In this document: in pieces, positions 25,862 through 37,774 of the stretch
Layout of the letters: each line of letters opens with the position of its first letter
How positions within the stretch are numbered: the stretch's first letter is position 1
The notes under the pieces: generated by a model
The model's database searches: none
What the model saw: only the letters and a program-made list of their open reading frames with translations
What the model was told of the DNA's origin: nothing
Translations under genes and position numbers: made by a program
DNA from: Octopus sinensis
Taxonomy: Eukaryota
DNA length: 64,000 nt
NCBI RefSeq assembly: GCF_006345805.1
Contig: NC_043009.1
Coordinates: 47,182,001 to 47,246,000 of the forward strand
Direction: 5' to 3'

Positions 25862-26245
25862 TTGGTTTTAAATTTTGGCAAAAGGCCCATAATTTTGGGT
25901 GAGTGGATAAGTCGATTACCTCGACCCCAGTGCTCAACTGGTACTTATTTTATCGATCGCGAAAGGATGAAAAGCAGAGTCGATCTCGACGGAAATTGAA
26001 CTCAGAACATAAAGACAGACGAAATGACGCTAAGCATTTGTCCGGTACGGTAACGATCCTGCCAGCTCGCCACCTTGTAGTCACACTACATATTCTTTTC
26101 TACCCTAGGCACAAGGCCCTAAATTTCGGGGGAGGAGGCCAGTCGATTAGATCGACCAAAGTACGCAACTGGTACTTAATTAATCGATTCCGAAAGAATG
26201 AAAGGCAAAGTCGACCTCGGTGGAATTTGAACTCAGAACGTAAGG
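25862..26245 (-). mobile_element. Tandem SINE C2 pair
   Basis: Two C-type bodies with C2 tails. Confidence 0.8.
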
Positions 26246-26749
26246 CACACTACATATATTATCTTAGTATTGTTTGAAACAACAATGTCAGAGAGTAATT
26301 ATTTGGTTCCATCTCTTCGGTAGTAAAGATTGGATCTAGGATGCTTTGAGGTCCCGACAAGAATTGGCAAACTCATAATAAGTCAAAGTTGCATTGAAGT
26401 CTGAAAATGGTATTGAAGTCAATTTCTCTCCTTACCATTGGCAATGCTGTGAGGAAAGTTATGAACATCGCAAATTCCATGAAATGTTGTAAACAGAATT
26501 GAATCAACTCCAGTATATTTTATCAGCTTTACAGAGAAGTCAAAATTGATCCCGATGGGGTTTAAATTCAAAGCAAGAATAAATTCTTCAATGTATTTAG
26601 ACCAATCAAGCACACACACATTACAAATGAGTTTACAGTGCTGTGGTTTCTACAACCATTTTGGGGGGTTCAAAACTGAGTAAGAAACTTTCTATGCTGG
26701 AGTCAGGACGGATTGATAAAATAAGTACATGACATTATTGTTTTTAATA

Positions 26750-27230
26750 TTAATCCTTTTCTTCCAAGCTGGGAAATAAAACTTCGATGATTTGGATGGC
26801 ATTCAGCAAGTCTTTCGCAAGTCTTTGTTACTTTCCTCATGAACCGATTCCTTTCACTTGACTTACCTTCAACTGTTCTATGTCCACTGTCATTTGGCCG
26901 TCCTACTTTGTACTTTCCAGGTGGTGTTTGCCTTAATGCTACCTTAGGTATTCTTTCTCAGTCCACTCCGAATGCAGGGTCCAGCCATCTAGGTCGCCGC
27001 CAGCATTATATTTCAAGGACAACAGTTTTGCAACCAATTTTCCAGTGCAGCTTTTCATTTCAAATTTTGTTAGAAATTAAGATTTAATAGATTTAATAGA
27101 TTTCCTCAGGTATCTATTGTGGATTGCATTGATCTAATTCATTAACTGGACAGATTTGACATTGTTCAGATAGAGAACACGGCGTATCAAAGAAATATGC
27201 CAATATTATTGCGATGTCTCTTATTACTAA
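26750..27230 (-). mobile_element. RTE LINE 3' fragment
   Basis: Minus strand RRRPRWLD...RIPKVALRQTPPGK..GRP matches the RTE C-terminal RRW.W.GH..R...PK.AL.W.P.G.R.RGRP. Confidence 0.7.
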
Positions 27231-27399
27231 TAGTTTTAAACTGAAAAACGAAAATGATTGAAGACGCTTGGCTAGTCCTAATTGATGGAGGCATTATACC
27301 TTCGTCTCAAATATACCCTCATTATTCATGATGTGTTCCAGGTGGACTTATAAATACATTACACAATACCCTCTCGAGGGCAAAAAAGTTATATTTTAT

Positions 27400-27850
27400 C
27401 AATTGCAAATCCGCTTTAAGTTTATTTGCAATGCTTTTCTATCTTAATGGCATTTAACTTGTTGTTTATGCATCCTTAGAAAAGTATTACCTTACATGCT
27501 GGTGTCGCCACTAGCGACACATTATCAAGCTATATAAATCTTTCAGAGAACTCCTTCAAAGTTTACTTGCGCCAACAAATATCTCATCCCGCCATTGCCA
27601 CATTGAAATACTTCGGAACTTTCGAAATATATTTGGAAATTGAAAGATTAAGTAGAGACGGGGATTTTACGGGCAGTATTACATAAGATGCAAGCATCTA
27701 CGAACAGAGAAAAATGAGGAAAACAATGCCTCACAGAAAAATACCATATAAATCATCATCAGAGTCAATCTTACATTTCAAGGAAAGCGAATGATTTCGA
27801 CGAGCCAAAACATGCTCAAAACATGCTCCTTTGACAACTTGAAAGCCCCA
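27400..27850 (+). mobile_element. Penelope-like element GIY-YIG endonuclease remnant
   Basis: YINLSENSFK (YIG.TE..FK), SELSKYIWKLKD at about 27613-27648, and CLTEK are hallmark PLE GIY-YIG motifs; disrupted by stops. Confidence 0.6.
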
Positions 27851-28127
27851 TCTGTCTCCTTAGAACAATGCAGTGACAGGTCACAGCAGACTTCAATGAT
27901 CTAAAACGCTAAAGTCGTTAGCAGTCATTCTACTCTTTTTTTTTTTTCCATGCCTCTTATATGCACGGCGACTCGAAAAGCTGATTAAACGAAACCGTAG
28001 TCCGTGATAACAATCGGTGTTAATCTCACGCGAAAACAAAATCACACACGTAAACACGCTAACTCACAAGCACACACACACATGCATGCATACATACACA
28101 CACACATGCACACACATATGCAGATAG

Positions 28128-28162
<35 letters not shown>

Positions 28163-28192
28163 TATACATACATAAATATATGTATACAAACA

Positions 28193-28227
<35 letters not shown>

Positions 28228-28303
28228 GCGTACCTTCACACAGTACTACACATATACACAAATATATACATATATACATACAATTGAACATATGTATGTG
28301 TAT

Positions 28304-28341
<38 letters not shown>

Positions 28342-28632
28342 ATATACATATGTGTGTGTGTGTGTGCGCGCGCGCACCTGTATTTATTTATGTCTGAGCC
28401 AATAGGGATTAGACCCAAGACCGCAGTTTCCTTCGATTAGACTTTCTTTTCTTATTTCTATAGAAGTTTTATTCCTATGAAATGCATTAATTCTACGGAG
28501 GTGCCCGATCTGTTGCACGAAATCGTCCGAATGCTTTTCTTAGTTCTACTACAGGGAATGCAGACTAACTGCACGGGGTTGACCGAACTTTAACATCTAT
28601 AAGAAAGGACAGCTGTTAACTCTGTTTTTCTG

Positions 28633-28692
28633 TCTTCAAGTCTCCGCTGATGAGTCGAACTTTATCGACGAAACGAGGTCTGGTCTTGAAGA
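28633..28692 (+). ncRNA. Candidate type I hammerhead ribozyme in the sense orientation of the formin pre-mRNA
   Basis: UCUUCAA..CCG-CUGAUGA-GUCGA ACUUUA UCGAC-GAAA-C GAG GUC-UGG..UUGAAGA. Confidence 0.65.
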
Positions 28693-28937
28693 AAAGAAAG
28701 GTATCCATTTATGTACGTATGTATGTACATAGGCATGCATGTAGGTACGCATATAGGTATGTGAATGTGTGCGTGTATGTATGTATGTGTATAAAAATGT
28801 ATGTATGTTTGTATGTGTATAAAAATGTATACATTTATATATATATGTATACATATGTGTATATATTTATATATGTGTGTGTATACGTGTATATGCATGT
28901 TTATATATATGTATATATATATAAATATATATATAAA

Positions 28938-29070
28938 GTTAATCCAAACATGAAAACACAAAGAGAAAACACAACAACGCGAGGACGTGGAACAAATATA
29001 GTATTATTGGACGCTCAGGAAAGAAGGGAAGAAGGAGGGTTTAACGTTCCGAGCGGAGCTCTTCGTCAGA
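28938..29070 (-). repeat. (TA)n-associated repeat carrying a degenerate minimal hammerhead; shorter copies at about 24338-24400 and 31308-31340
   Basis: Shared AGTTAATCCAAACA..AAAACACAAA..ACAACAACGCGAGGACGT. The minus strand of 29039-29070 reads CUGACGA-A-GAGC UCC GCUC-GGAAC-GUU-AAAC. Confidence 0.7.
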
Positions 29071-29302
29071 CGTACACACACAGATATATGCTCGGTACCC
29101 GCAAGTATATGTGACTTGATAGCATGTTCCGTGTTTTAGTTAATTCTTTAAGTTGTCCATCTAGTCGTGAAGACACATAGATGCCCTCTTGTTTCACCCA
29201 CCCTTGATAATTAATTTTATTCACTTGAGAGAGCTGATGGGCTTTTTGGTCACAACCCTAGTCGAGGAGTTCACGAATTTTATATCTATTTTTACTTTTT
29301 TT

Positions 29303-29716
29303 TTTACTCTTTTACTTGTTTCAGTCATTTGACTGCGGCCATGCTGGAGCACCGCCTTTAGTCGAGCAAATCGACCCCGGGACTTATTCTTTGTAAGCCC
29401 AGTACTTATTCTAGCGGTCTCTTTTGCCGAACCGCTAAGTGACGAGATGTAAACACACCAGCATCGGTTGTCAAGCAATGCTAGGGGGACAAACACAGAC
29501 ACACAAACATATACACACACATAAATATATATATATATATATATACATATATACGACAGGATTCTTTCAGTTTCCATCTACCAAATCCACTCACAAGGCA
29601 TTGGTCGGCCCGAAGCTATAGCAGAAGATACTTGCCCAGGATGCCACGCAGTGGGACTGAACCCGGAACCATGTGGTTGGTAAGCAAGCTACTTACCACA
29701 CAGCCACTCCTGCGCC
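29303..29716 (-). mobile_element. SINE B, full length
   Basis: Reverse complement of the 18286 copy. Confidence 0.9.
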
Positions 29717-29829
29717 TATTTGTATATATTTTTAAATATTTTGCTCGCGATTCGTCACGCCATATGCCCTTCATCTTGATTCAGTTATCAACCAGACTTG
29801 AAATGCATATCCATCTATGCAGACATCTT

Positions 29830-30115
29830 TTCTGCTTACCATTCCTGGGGCGGGGGGTGGGGGCATGAGGGTAGAGTCCTTAGGCACTTTTTCCATAGGG
29901 TTCTATGAGAAGCGATCGTCATTACACTTTTTGGCTGGGTTCCCCAAGCGAGACTAATTGAGACTATAAAACTATCCAATCGTGACGTTCTTGGTCTAAC
30001 CTCAAGTCTCCTACTGGTTGGCTCGGCTTGAAGAATCCGTTTTGCTATTCTTTCCTGTGATATTCTAATCATACGCCCGTAGCAGCTGAGCTGTGAGCTC
30101 TCAATGGGCCTCACA
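29830..30115 (-). mobile_element. RTE LINE 3' fragment
   Basis: ORF IESSQLSCYGRMIRISQERIAKRILQAEPTSRR.EVRPRT, matching IE..QLRW.GH..RM..ER.PKR.L.A.P.G.R.RGRP.T. Confidence 0.75.
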
Positions 30116-30384
30116 AAAATCTGTGCTTAATCAAGGCAATATTCGGTAAAAAAAAACTGATATAGTACACATAGTGTCTAAGTAGCAAACTTGTCAAAAT
30201 TTCATACAGGATTTATGCAGGAACCTTGCTTGAATTTGTCAGTTATCATAATAATTGCTGAGCCGTTCAACGAAACGTCACAAAACCAAGCATAGTCATT
30301 GCACAGGAGCAGATAGCATGAAGTCTATTTTTAGGCCGACTCGGTAGGCTGGCGATCAATGGCTTCACATTTTTAGCACAATAA

Positions 30385-30790
30385 CAAGACTTTTAGAGGG
30401 AGGGGTAAGTCGCTTACATCGACTCTAATGTTCAATAGTGATTATTTTATCGGTCGCGAAAGGATAGAAAGCAAAGCCGACATCGGTGGCATTTGAACTT
30501 CGAACATAAAAAACCTGAAGAAATATCGCTAAGCATATTTGCTGGTGAGCTAACGATTCTTATTTCTTTACTACCCACAAGAGCTACACACAGAGGGGAC
30601 AAACACGGACAGACAAAGGGATTGAGTCGATTACATCGACCCCAGTGCGTAACTGGTACTTAATTTATCGGCCCCAAAAGGATGAAAGGCAAAGTCGACC
30701 TCGACGGAATTTGAACTCGAAACGTAGCGGCAGACGAAATAGCGGTAAGCATTTCGTCCAGCGTGCTAACGATTCTGCCAGCTCGCCGCC
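30385..30790 (-). mobile_element. SINE C (30561-30790) inserted into the head of a SINE C2
   Basis: GCTAACGATTCT occurs on both sides of the C body. Confidence 0.8.
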
Positions 30791-31024
30791 TAGGTTGGCT
30801 ATCGCCGATCGTCATCTGCGCACGTCACATGCACTCTGGAAACTTTTAGATAATACTCCGTACGCTTATATATTGAAGAACGCTTTGATGCAAAATCTAC
30901 CACTTCACCTAATTACTGGTCATCTTGCTTCGGCTCACCATTAGGTACTAATTATGGAAATTCAGAGAATGGTAGTCGTGTTGTACAAGCGTTTGTCACT
31001 GTAATCCAATGACGTACAGTATAT

Positions 31025-31258
31025 ACTCTTTTACTCTTTTACTTGTTTCAGTCATTTGACTGCGGCCATGCTGGAGCACCGCCTTTAGTCGAGCAAATCG
31101 ACCCCAGGACTTATTCTTTGTAAGCCTAGTACTTATTCTATCGGTCTCTTTTTCCGACCCGCAAATGACGGGAACGTAAACACACCAGCATCAGTTGTCA
31201 AGCGATGTTGATGGAGACAAAAAGAAACACACAAACACACATATACATATATATATAT

Positions 31259-31309
<51 letters not shown>

Positions 31310-31520
31310 TTAATCCAAACAAGAAAACACAAAAAAACACAAAAAATATATATACATATATACGACGGGATTCTTTCAGTTTCCTTCTACCAAATCCACT
31401 CACAAGGTTTTGGGCGGCCCGAGTCTATAGTAGAAGACACTTGCCCAAGGTGCCAAGCAGTGGGACTGAACCCGGAACCATGTGGTTGGTAAGCAAGCTA
31501 CTTACCACACAGCCACTCCT
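31025..31520 (-). mobile_element. SINE B with expanded internal (TA)n and a short insert of the 28938-type repeat
   Basis: Reverse complement of B; AGTTAATCCAAAC at about 31308. Confidence 0.88.
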
Positions 31521-31944
31521 ATGATGACTTCATTTGTCTCTGAAAGTCCTATGGCAATGGAAGGATGGCAACGTATGTCAACCAAACCATGCAGAACTGC
31601 AGCGAGAGGTCATGGATGGAAAGTCAAAAATGCTACTGGCAACGAGGAAGTAGAAGACGGAAATCACCATACATGTGTGTTTGTGCATGTATGTGTGTGT
31701 ATGCGTGTGCGTGTGTAAACATACATGCACACACGCGCCTTTGGACGGCTGGATCTCCGTCAATATCGACATGCCCAGTTTCGTACATAAAGTTCTGACG
31801 AGGTGATCACCTTGATTATACTTATCCCCTCAATCATATATTGTATGTGTATATGTGCGTATGCGTGTGTGATGTTTTTGCAGCTTTAATACTAATAAAG
31901 TATATATATGTGTGTGTGTGTGTGTGGTGTGTGTGTGTGTGTGT

Positions 31945-32247
31945 GTGGAGGTGCAATGGCCCAGTGGTTAGGGCAGTTGACTCGCAGTCGTAGGATCGTG
32001 GTTTCGATTCCCAGACCGGGCGTTGTGAGTGTTTATTGAGCGAAAACACCTAAAGCTCCACGAGGCTCCGACAGGGGATGGTGGCGATCCCTGCTGTACT
32101 CTTTCGCCACAACTTTCTCTCACTCTTTCTTCTGTTGGCCTGCCCACTTAGCCAGCGGGGTGGCGTCATTTGAAGGCTAAAACAATGCGAAGTGCATTGT
32201 GACCAGCGATGTGTAGCAACATCTGATAGTCTGTTCGGTCACGTGAT

Positions 32248-32255
<8 letters not shown>
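31945..32255 (+). mobile_element. SINE D, full length, between (GT)n and (TA)n
   Basis: Head GGAGGTGCAATGGCCCAGTGG; tail CACGTGATCACGTGAT. Confidence 0.88.
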
Positions 32256-32284
<29 letters not shown>

Positions 32285-33133
32285 GGTTGTCTACTCCTTA
32301 TGAAGAGTGTGACCACCTCCTGTACCTACACCTTAGAACCATTATGGCATCTGATGTGGCTTTTTAAACCAGACTATGTTTTGGAAAGATACCCACATAG
32401 ATTGCATATCCGATTTGGACCACCAAGAGCTGCGATTCATTTTAGCCATTTTAAGAACAAAGAAGCAGTTATAATTTTATTTTTTCTCACCTGTTTATTC
32501 CCATTTCTATGACTCGGTCACTGGCACCATTTAATTACCTCATTCTAGCGAGGCAGTGCAGCCGGGATGCAGAAATGCGACGAAAATTTTGACACTTCAT
32601 TGTAGACATTGCTTTAAAAAATAATGGGAAAGTGAATATATCAGGGGGGGGTTGTTCTTTAATAGTTTAAAATGCTTCTTGTATTGCGTTGTGGTTTTAG
32701 TATCAACACACGATCTCATATAAAGTTATTTGCCTATAGCAACTGGTTTGGTAAGTCACTTATCAAATGTCACCTACCAAACAAGTCGAACTGCAAAATA
32801 TACACACACACACACACACACTTGTATGACCCTCAGTCAACAGTTAAGATATGGTGATCGGAAGATATGTTTGTGTTTTTTTTCTTTACCCTGGGCGTTT
32901 CACCCGTTCCGTGGTCTTAATATTTTTTACATACATACATACGTACGTACATACATACATACATACATACATACATACATACATACATAGGCAACACACT
33001 GAAACATTCTTGCTTATGTAAATACACAAATACATATTCATGCACACATAAATACATGAATACTATATATATATATATGTATACATATAGTTGTACACAC
33101 AGGCATACATATATTCATACTTACATATACATG

Positions 33134-33186
<53 letters not shown>

Positions 33187-33450
33187 CGGGTACAAATTTG
33201 AATTTACAAACGGGAGTAAAAAGTAGAGTTTACTTATATATTCAAAGAACCGGCTACTCTGAGTCTGACAGGGCGTTTGTAGTCCGTAAAAATGATAGAG
33301 CATTGGATTAAATTCCAAACAATATTTACTATTGACTCAACGTTTTTGAACTTGTCTGACTCTAATTCTTATCCGACTCCAACCCGACATGATGGAATAT
33401 GTAACACACGTATAAATCTTATTCCTTTCCCCGTACCTATAACATTAAAA

Positions 33451-33836
33451 GTGGAGGCGCAATGGCCCAGTGGTTAGGGCAGCGGACTCGCGGTCATAGG
33501 ATCGCGGTTTCGATTCCCAGACCGGGCGTTGTGAGTGAGTGTTTATTGAGCGAAAACACCAAAAGCTCCACGAGGATCCGGCAGGGGATGGTGGTGATCC
33601 CTGCTGTACTCTTTCACCACAACTTTCTCTCACTCTTACTTCCTGTTTCTGTTGTACCTGTATTTCAAAGGGCCGGCCTTGTCACTCTCTGTGTCATGCT
33701 GAATATCCCCGAGAACTACGTTAAGGGTGCACGTGTCTGTGGAGTGCTCAGCCACTTACACGTTAATTTCACGAGCAGGCTGTTCCGTTGATCGGATCAA
33801 CCGGAACCCTCGTCGCCGTAACCGACGGAGTGCTTC
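33451..33836 (+). mobile_element. SINE A (tRNA-Arg-like head, tail ending CCGACGGAGTGCT), full length
   Basis: Near-identical to the reverse complements at 57450 and 59419; imperfect TSD (T/C)ATAACA(T/A)TAAA. Confidence 0.9.
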
Positions 33837-34182
33837 CATAACAATAAATCATCATTTATATTACTCCACAATGTATAAGTGTGTACATAATTGTGCAAAA
33901 TAATCGTTCTGAGTCCAGAAATATCTGTAACAGTCTGAAAATATACTTTAATACATTAAAATATTAATTTTTTTTTTCAATGGTGCATAAAATATTTATT
34001 TATTTCCTTCTTAAAACGTCTTTTTAAAAACGTCTTTTAACGTGGTTAATTCTGTATTTGCTTGTAATAAATATTAATGCCGGATGTTTCAATTCCGTTA
34101 CATTACTATCACAGCAAATGTTCAATTATAATTCATTATTACCACCATAATGTTTTTCCTGTTTCTTTTCTTTTTATTTCAG

Positions 34183-34342
34183 GTTAGTAAAAATGAGCGC
34201 TACAGATTTAGTTTCATCGTGAAAGAACTGAAAACCACGGATATAGTCAATTATAAGCGTAATTTAATGGCCTTCATTAACTGTATATTGTTTGCTACTG
34301 AAGATCTCTACAAACGTGTACAAATCCGTGTGGAATTTAGAG
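34183..34342 (+). CDS. INF2: INF2-like formin, exon 3 (DID)
   Basis: TTTCAG|GTT...AGAG|GTATCT, 160 nt, phase 0 to 1. Reads VSKNERYRFSFIVKELKTTDIVNYKRNLMAFINCILFATEDLYKRVQIRVEFR. Confidence 0.92.
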
Positions 34343-34419
34343 GTATCTATCTTTTAACTACAATTTCTATTTTAGTATGCCCATGTTTTAAACAATCATT
34401 ATTATCGTTATTCATCAAA

Positions 34420-35050
34420 GGCGGTGAGCTGGCAGAAACGTTAGCACGTCGGGCGAAATGCTTAGCAGTATTTCGTCTGCCGTTACGTTCTGAGTTCAAA
34501 TTCCGCCGAGGTCGACTTTGCCTTTCATCCTTTCGGGGTCGATTAAATAAGTACCAGTTACGCACTGGGGTCGATATAATCGACTTAATCCGTTTGTCTG
34601 TCCTTGTTTGTCCTCTCTGTGATTAGCCCCTTGTGGGTAGTAAAGAAATAGGTATTACGTCTGTCTTTACGTTCTGAGTTCAAATTCCGTCGAGGTCGAC
34701 TTTGCCTTTTATCCTTTCGGGGTCGATAAATTAAATACCAGTTGCATACTAGGGTCGATCTTATCGACTAGCCCCCTCCACCAAAATTTCAGACCTTGTG
34801 CCCATAGTAGAAAGGATTATTGTTATTCATCATGTAAAGGCGGTGAGCTGACAGAATCGTTAGCACGCCGGGCAAAATGCTTTGCAGCATGTAGTCCGTC
34901 TTCACGTTCCGAGTTCAAATTCTGTCGAGGTCGACTTTTCCTTTCATCATATCGGGGACGATAAAATAAATGCCAGTTAAGTACTGGGGGTCGAGGAAAA
35001 CGACTTTACTCCTTCCCCCGAAATTGCTGTCCTTGTGCCAAAATTTGAAA
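34420..35050 (+). mobile_element. SINE array C - partial C2 - C2, starting 77 bp after exon 3
   Basis: Three GAGTTCAAATTC blocks; duplicated flank TTATTCATC..AAAGGCGG at about 34408 and 34824. Confidence 0.88.
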
Positions 35051-35239
35051 TTATTATTTATACATTCTTTACAATTTTTTATATAATCAAATGCTAAACT
35101 GCTTTCCTGTTTTTCCATGGTAATTCGCCAGCTGACTATGTTTCCTGTTCTCTCAGTAAAAGTTGCCTGATCAGTGGGTACTTTTGTAGAAAAGATCGAA
35201 TTCAAACTCTTTAATTAATTGCAATAACTCAAATTGATG

Positions 35240-35755
35240 CTGTTTAGAGTTCCATCGATGGAGTAGTTTCTCCATGGCGCAAGCCTGGGCGGTAGAAACG
35301 AAGACACTGGGCTGCCCAGACACCAGAATCTCCCTCTCCGCCCCCCAGACATAATCCAAAGGAATGCAGTGCAGTACGTTTGGAATCTGGTTGGCTGCAG
35401 GAGTTGCCGGGAAGGGGTCGAGATTCGACACCCTACCGCCTTCGGGGCTCCACTCCGGATTTTCTGTCTGGGTTTACTCCCATAGCCTTTCCCTCTCCCA
35501 AGAGCATCCGCAAGGCAGCGGAGCGAGGGTTTGGAGTCAGAGTTTTCCTTCTCCTAGACTGGCTGCCAGCCAAGGCTAACGAGCCCAGTCTGCCCACCTG
35601 GTTATACCGCCAAGCACCCGGTCGCGCCACACAGCAGGCTCAGTGAGAACAGGGGGTACCGCGTGAAGGTGCTGCTGTGGACACAGTAGTGCAGGAGAGG
35701 CCATAAGCAAGAACTTTCCGCAAGGCGCAGCCAAGTAGAAGTTCTGCAGCGTATG
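35240..35755 (-). mobile_element. 5' UTR fragment of an RTE LINE (GC-rich)
   Basis: The minus strand contains GGCAGCCAGTCTAGGAGAAGGAAAACTCTGACTCCAAACC (plus 35528-35567), a motif recalled from RTE/BovB 5' regions. Confidence 0.65.
35630..35679 (-). ncRNA. Candidate HDV-like (CPEB3-like) ribozyme core lacking the 5' P1 strand
   Basis: P2 CACAGCAG / CUGCUGUG, P3 ACC / GGU, L3 UUCACGC, P1(3') ACCCCCU, then GU, and J4/2 CUGA. Confidence 0.5.
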
Positions 35756-37774
35756 AAAGATTTTTTATGCTAAGGTTTGTTACAGCGGCAAAAACAAAGA
35801 ATCGTGCGTTTTACAGTAACAATAGACGAGAGCTCTGTAAAATGAATATGAATTTCCAGTGAACCGATTTTGAATCTCCGTTTGAGCCACTCACGTTGAT
35901 GTCGTTTAGATGCTCAAAAGCATCACGCAATCTAATTTTTTTCTCATCTACAAATTCAAAACCTTTGAACACCTGTGACATCTGCAATGGTTTTGACAAT
36001 ATTAAGCAAAAGGACGCACTATAGTATGTTGATATTCTGTCTGTCTGTCTCTCTCTTTCTCTCTCTCACTCTCTCGTCCGCAAGTAACGAATGTAGTGTC
36101 TATCCTTTGAAGTTCAAGATAGATTAACCGAAGAAACTTTGCGATATTTAGTTATGGTTCATTGTATTTTGAGTTCATATCTGCTGAGGTTAACTTTGTC
36201 TTTGATCCTTCCGAGGTCGATCAAGATTCCTAAAATGTATCCTAGTTGTGGATGGAATTCACGTCAGTAAACTTTGACTCAGCATTTTATCCCCTTCACG
36301 AAAAAGAAAAATTCCTGTTTAAACCTGCTGAGATTTGAACTGGGTTACCTTCCAGTTACCTAACAACTGTCCTGATTATCTCTGCTTTTCTCAACCTTAG
36401 ATGACATAAATAAATTTTTAGTGCGGGGAACGATATTATTTTGGCGTCATTTATGATTTCGCAATGGTAGTGAAGTGAAATGGCTTTCAACAAGAATCGA
36501 AACTTCCTCTGCGCAGTTTGTCGAGAGACAATATCGGGACGTCAAATCAGAAATCCCCTTAAACTGTAATGGACTCTCCTTATTACAATACATATCGCAT
36601 TCAGAGTCATAAAGCCTTAAACACCTTTGTCTTAATTTTTTTCACTTTCTATTTACTGGCTTCAATTGTACATACTCTTACAACTATTTAAATAGTACCT
36701 TTACCAGAGATTTTTAAAGCATTAAACACTTAGTATTTTTTTAATCAGTTTTGAGGAAAATTAGCTAAAATTATGACCAGACTATTTTGTCGATTGTGGA
36801 TTACATTTTTTAAACTAATATTTATAATTTTCATAGGATTTGTTTCAAATCACTAATACTTAACAGAAATTGTTTAGTAATTATTAACTAAATTCTAACG
36901 TTATTAGAACTTGTATTTGTAATTAAAATCTGTTGGTCAAAAATGCAGTTGCGAGGTGGATTCAAGAAGATATTTGAGTGTATTTTATCTTCAAATTCTT
37001 TCGAAGGTTAGTAATAATCTTTCTGATTCCATACATTTCTTTGCTAAACATTCAGCTAAATTGAGAAATAATTCAAATTTTGGTTGTCCGTTCCGTTTAT
37101 CTTTCTTAAGCTTGTTAATAGTTTACAAAATAACTCGGCCAGTAAAAAGACAGAGCAGACGCATTTTAATGTTTATCGGTATAATGACATGAATACACAT
37201 AACATGAATATGTATTTCGTGATTTTTCCTTTTATCTCTCCCAGGTCAATAAAATAAGTATCGCTTATATTGAGGCTTATCTATCGATGAAACGCCTCTC
37301 TTATAACATGGCTTTTGTATTACACATAAATTATCGATTACAATTGCGTTTGGATTACTAGTTCTTGCTATTTTCTTTTTACTTATAAAACTAATGTCAC
37401 AAAATCCCACCCCAGCCCACCAAAAATTTGAAACCCTGCATCTTTGTCTAAATAAGAACCCAATATGCTTACAGCACTGATTTGGGCCGAAAGCACAAGA
37501 TATATGAAATATATTAACTGAAATTTTGCAGACACAGGGCGATGTAGTTTTAATGATTTGGATTTGTTTTAATTAGTGAAATAATATTTTAAAAGTAAGT
37601 TAAATCAGACAGGGGGCTTTTTTTTTTTGATACCAGGAGCAAATTGCAGACTCATAAGAACCTGTGACGGTCGGTGCAATTTGTACCAAGGAAAGTCTTA
37701 GATCTTTAATTTTATAAATTCATAGATATGTTCGAAATCGTGTTATTCAGCATTAATTAAACTGCTGCGCATGC

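Noticed and set aside
31795-31820. CTGACGAGGTGATCACC as a hammerhead
   Set aside because: The stem II loop is only 2 nt and it is followed by TTGA rather than GAAA.
33451-33520. tRNA-Arg(TCG)-like gene (also at 8820, 16262, 31945, 57760, 59725)
   Set aside because: These are SINE heads continuing into body and tail with TSDs; no proper acceptor stem is visible.
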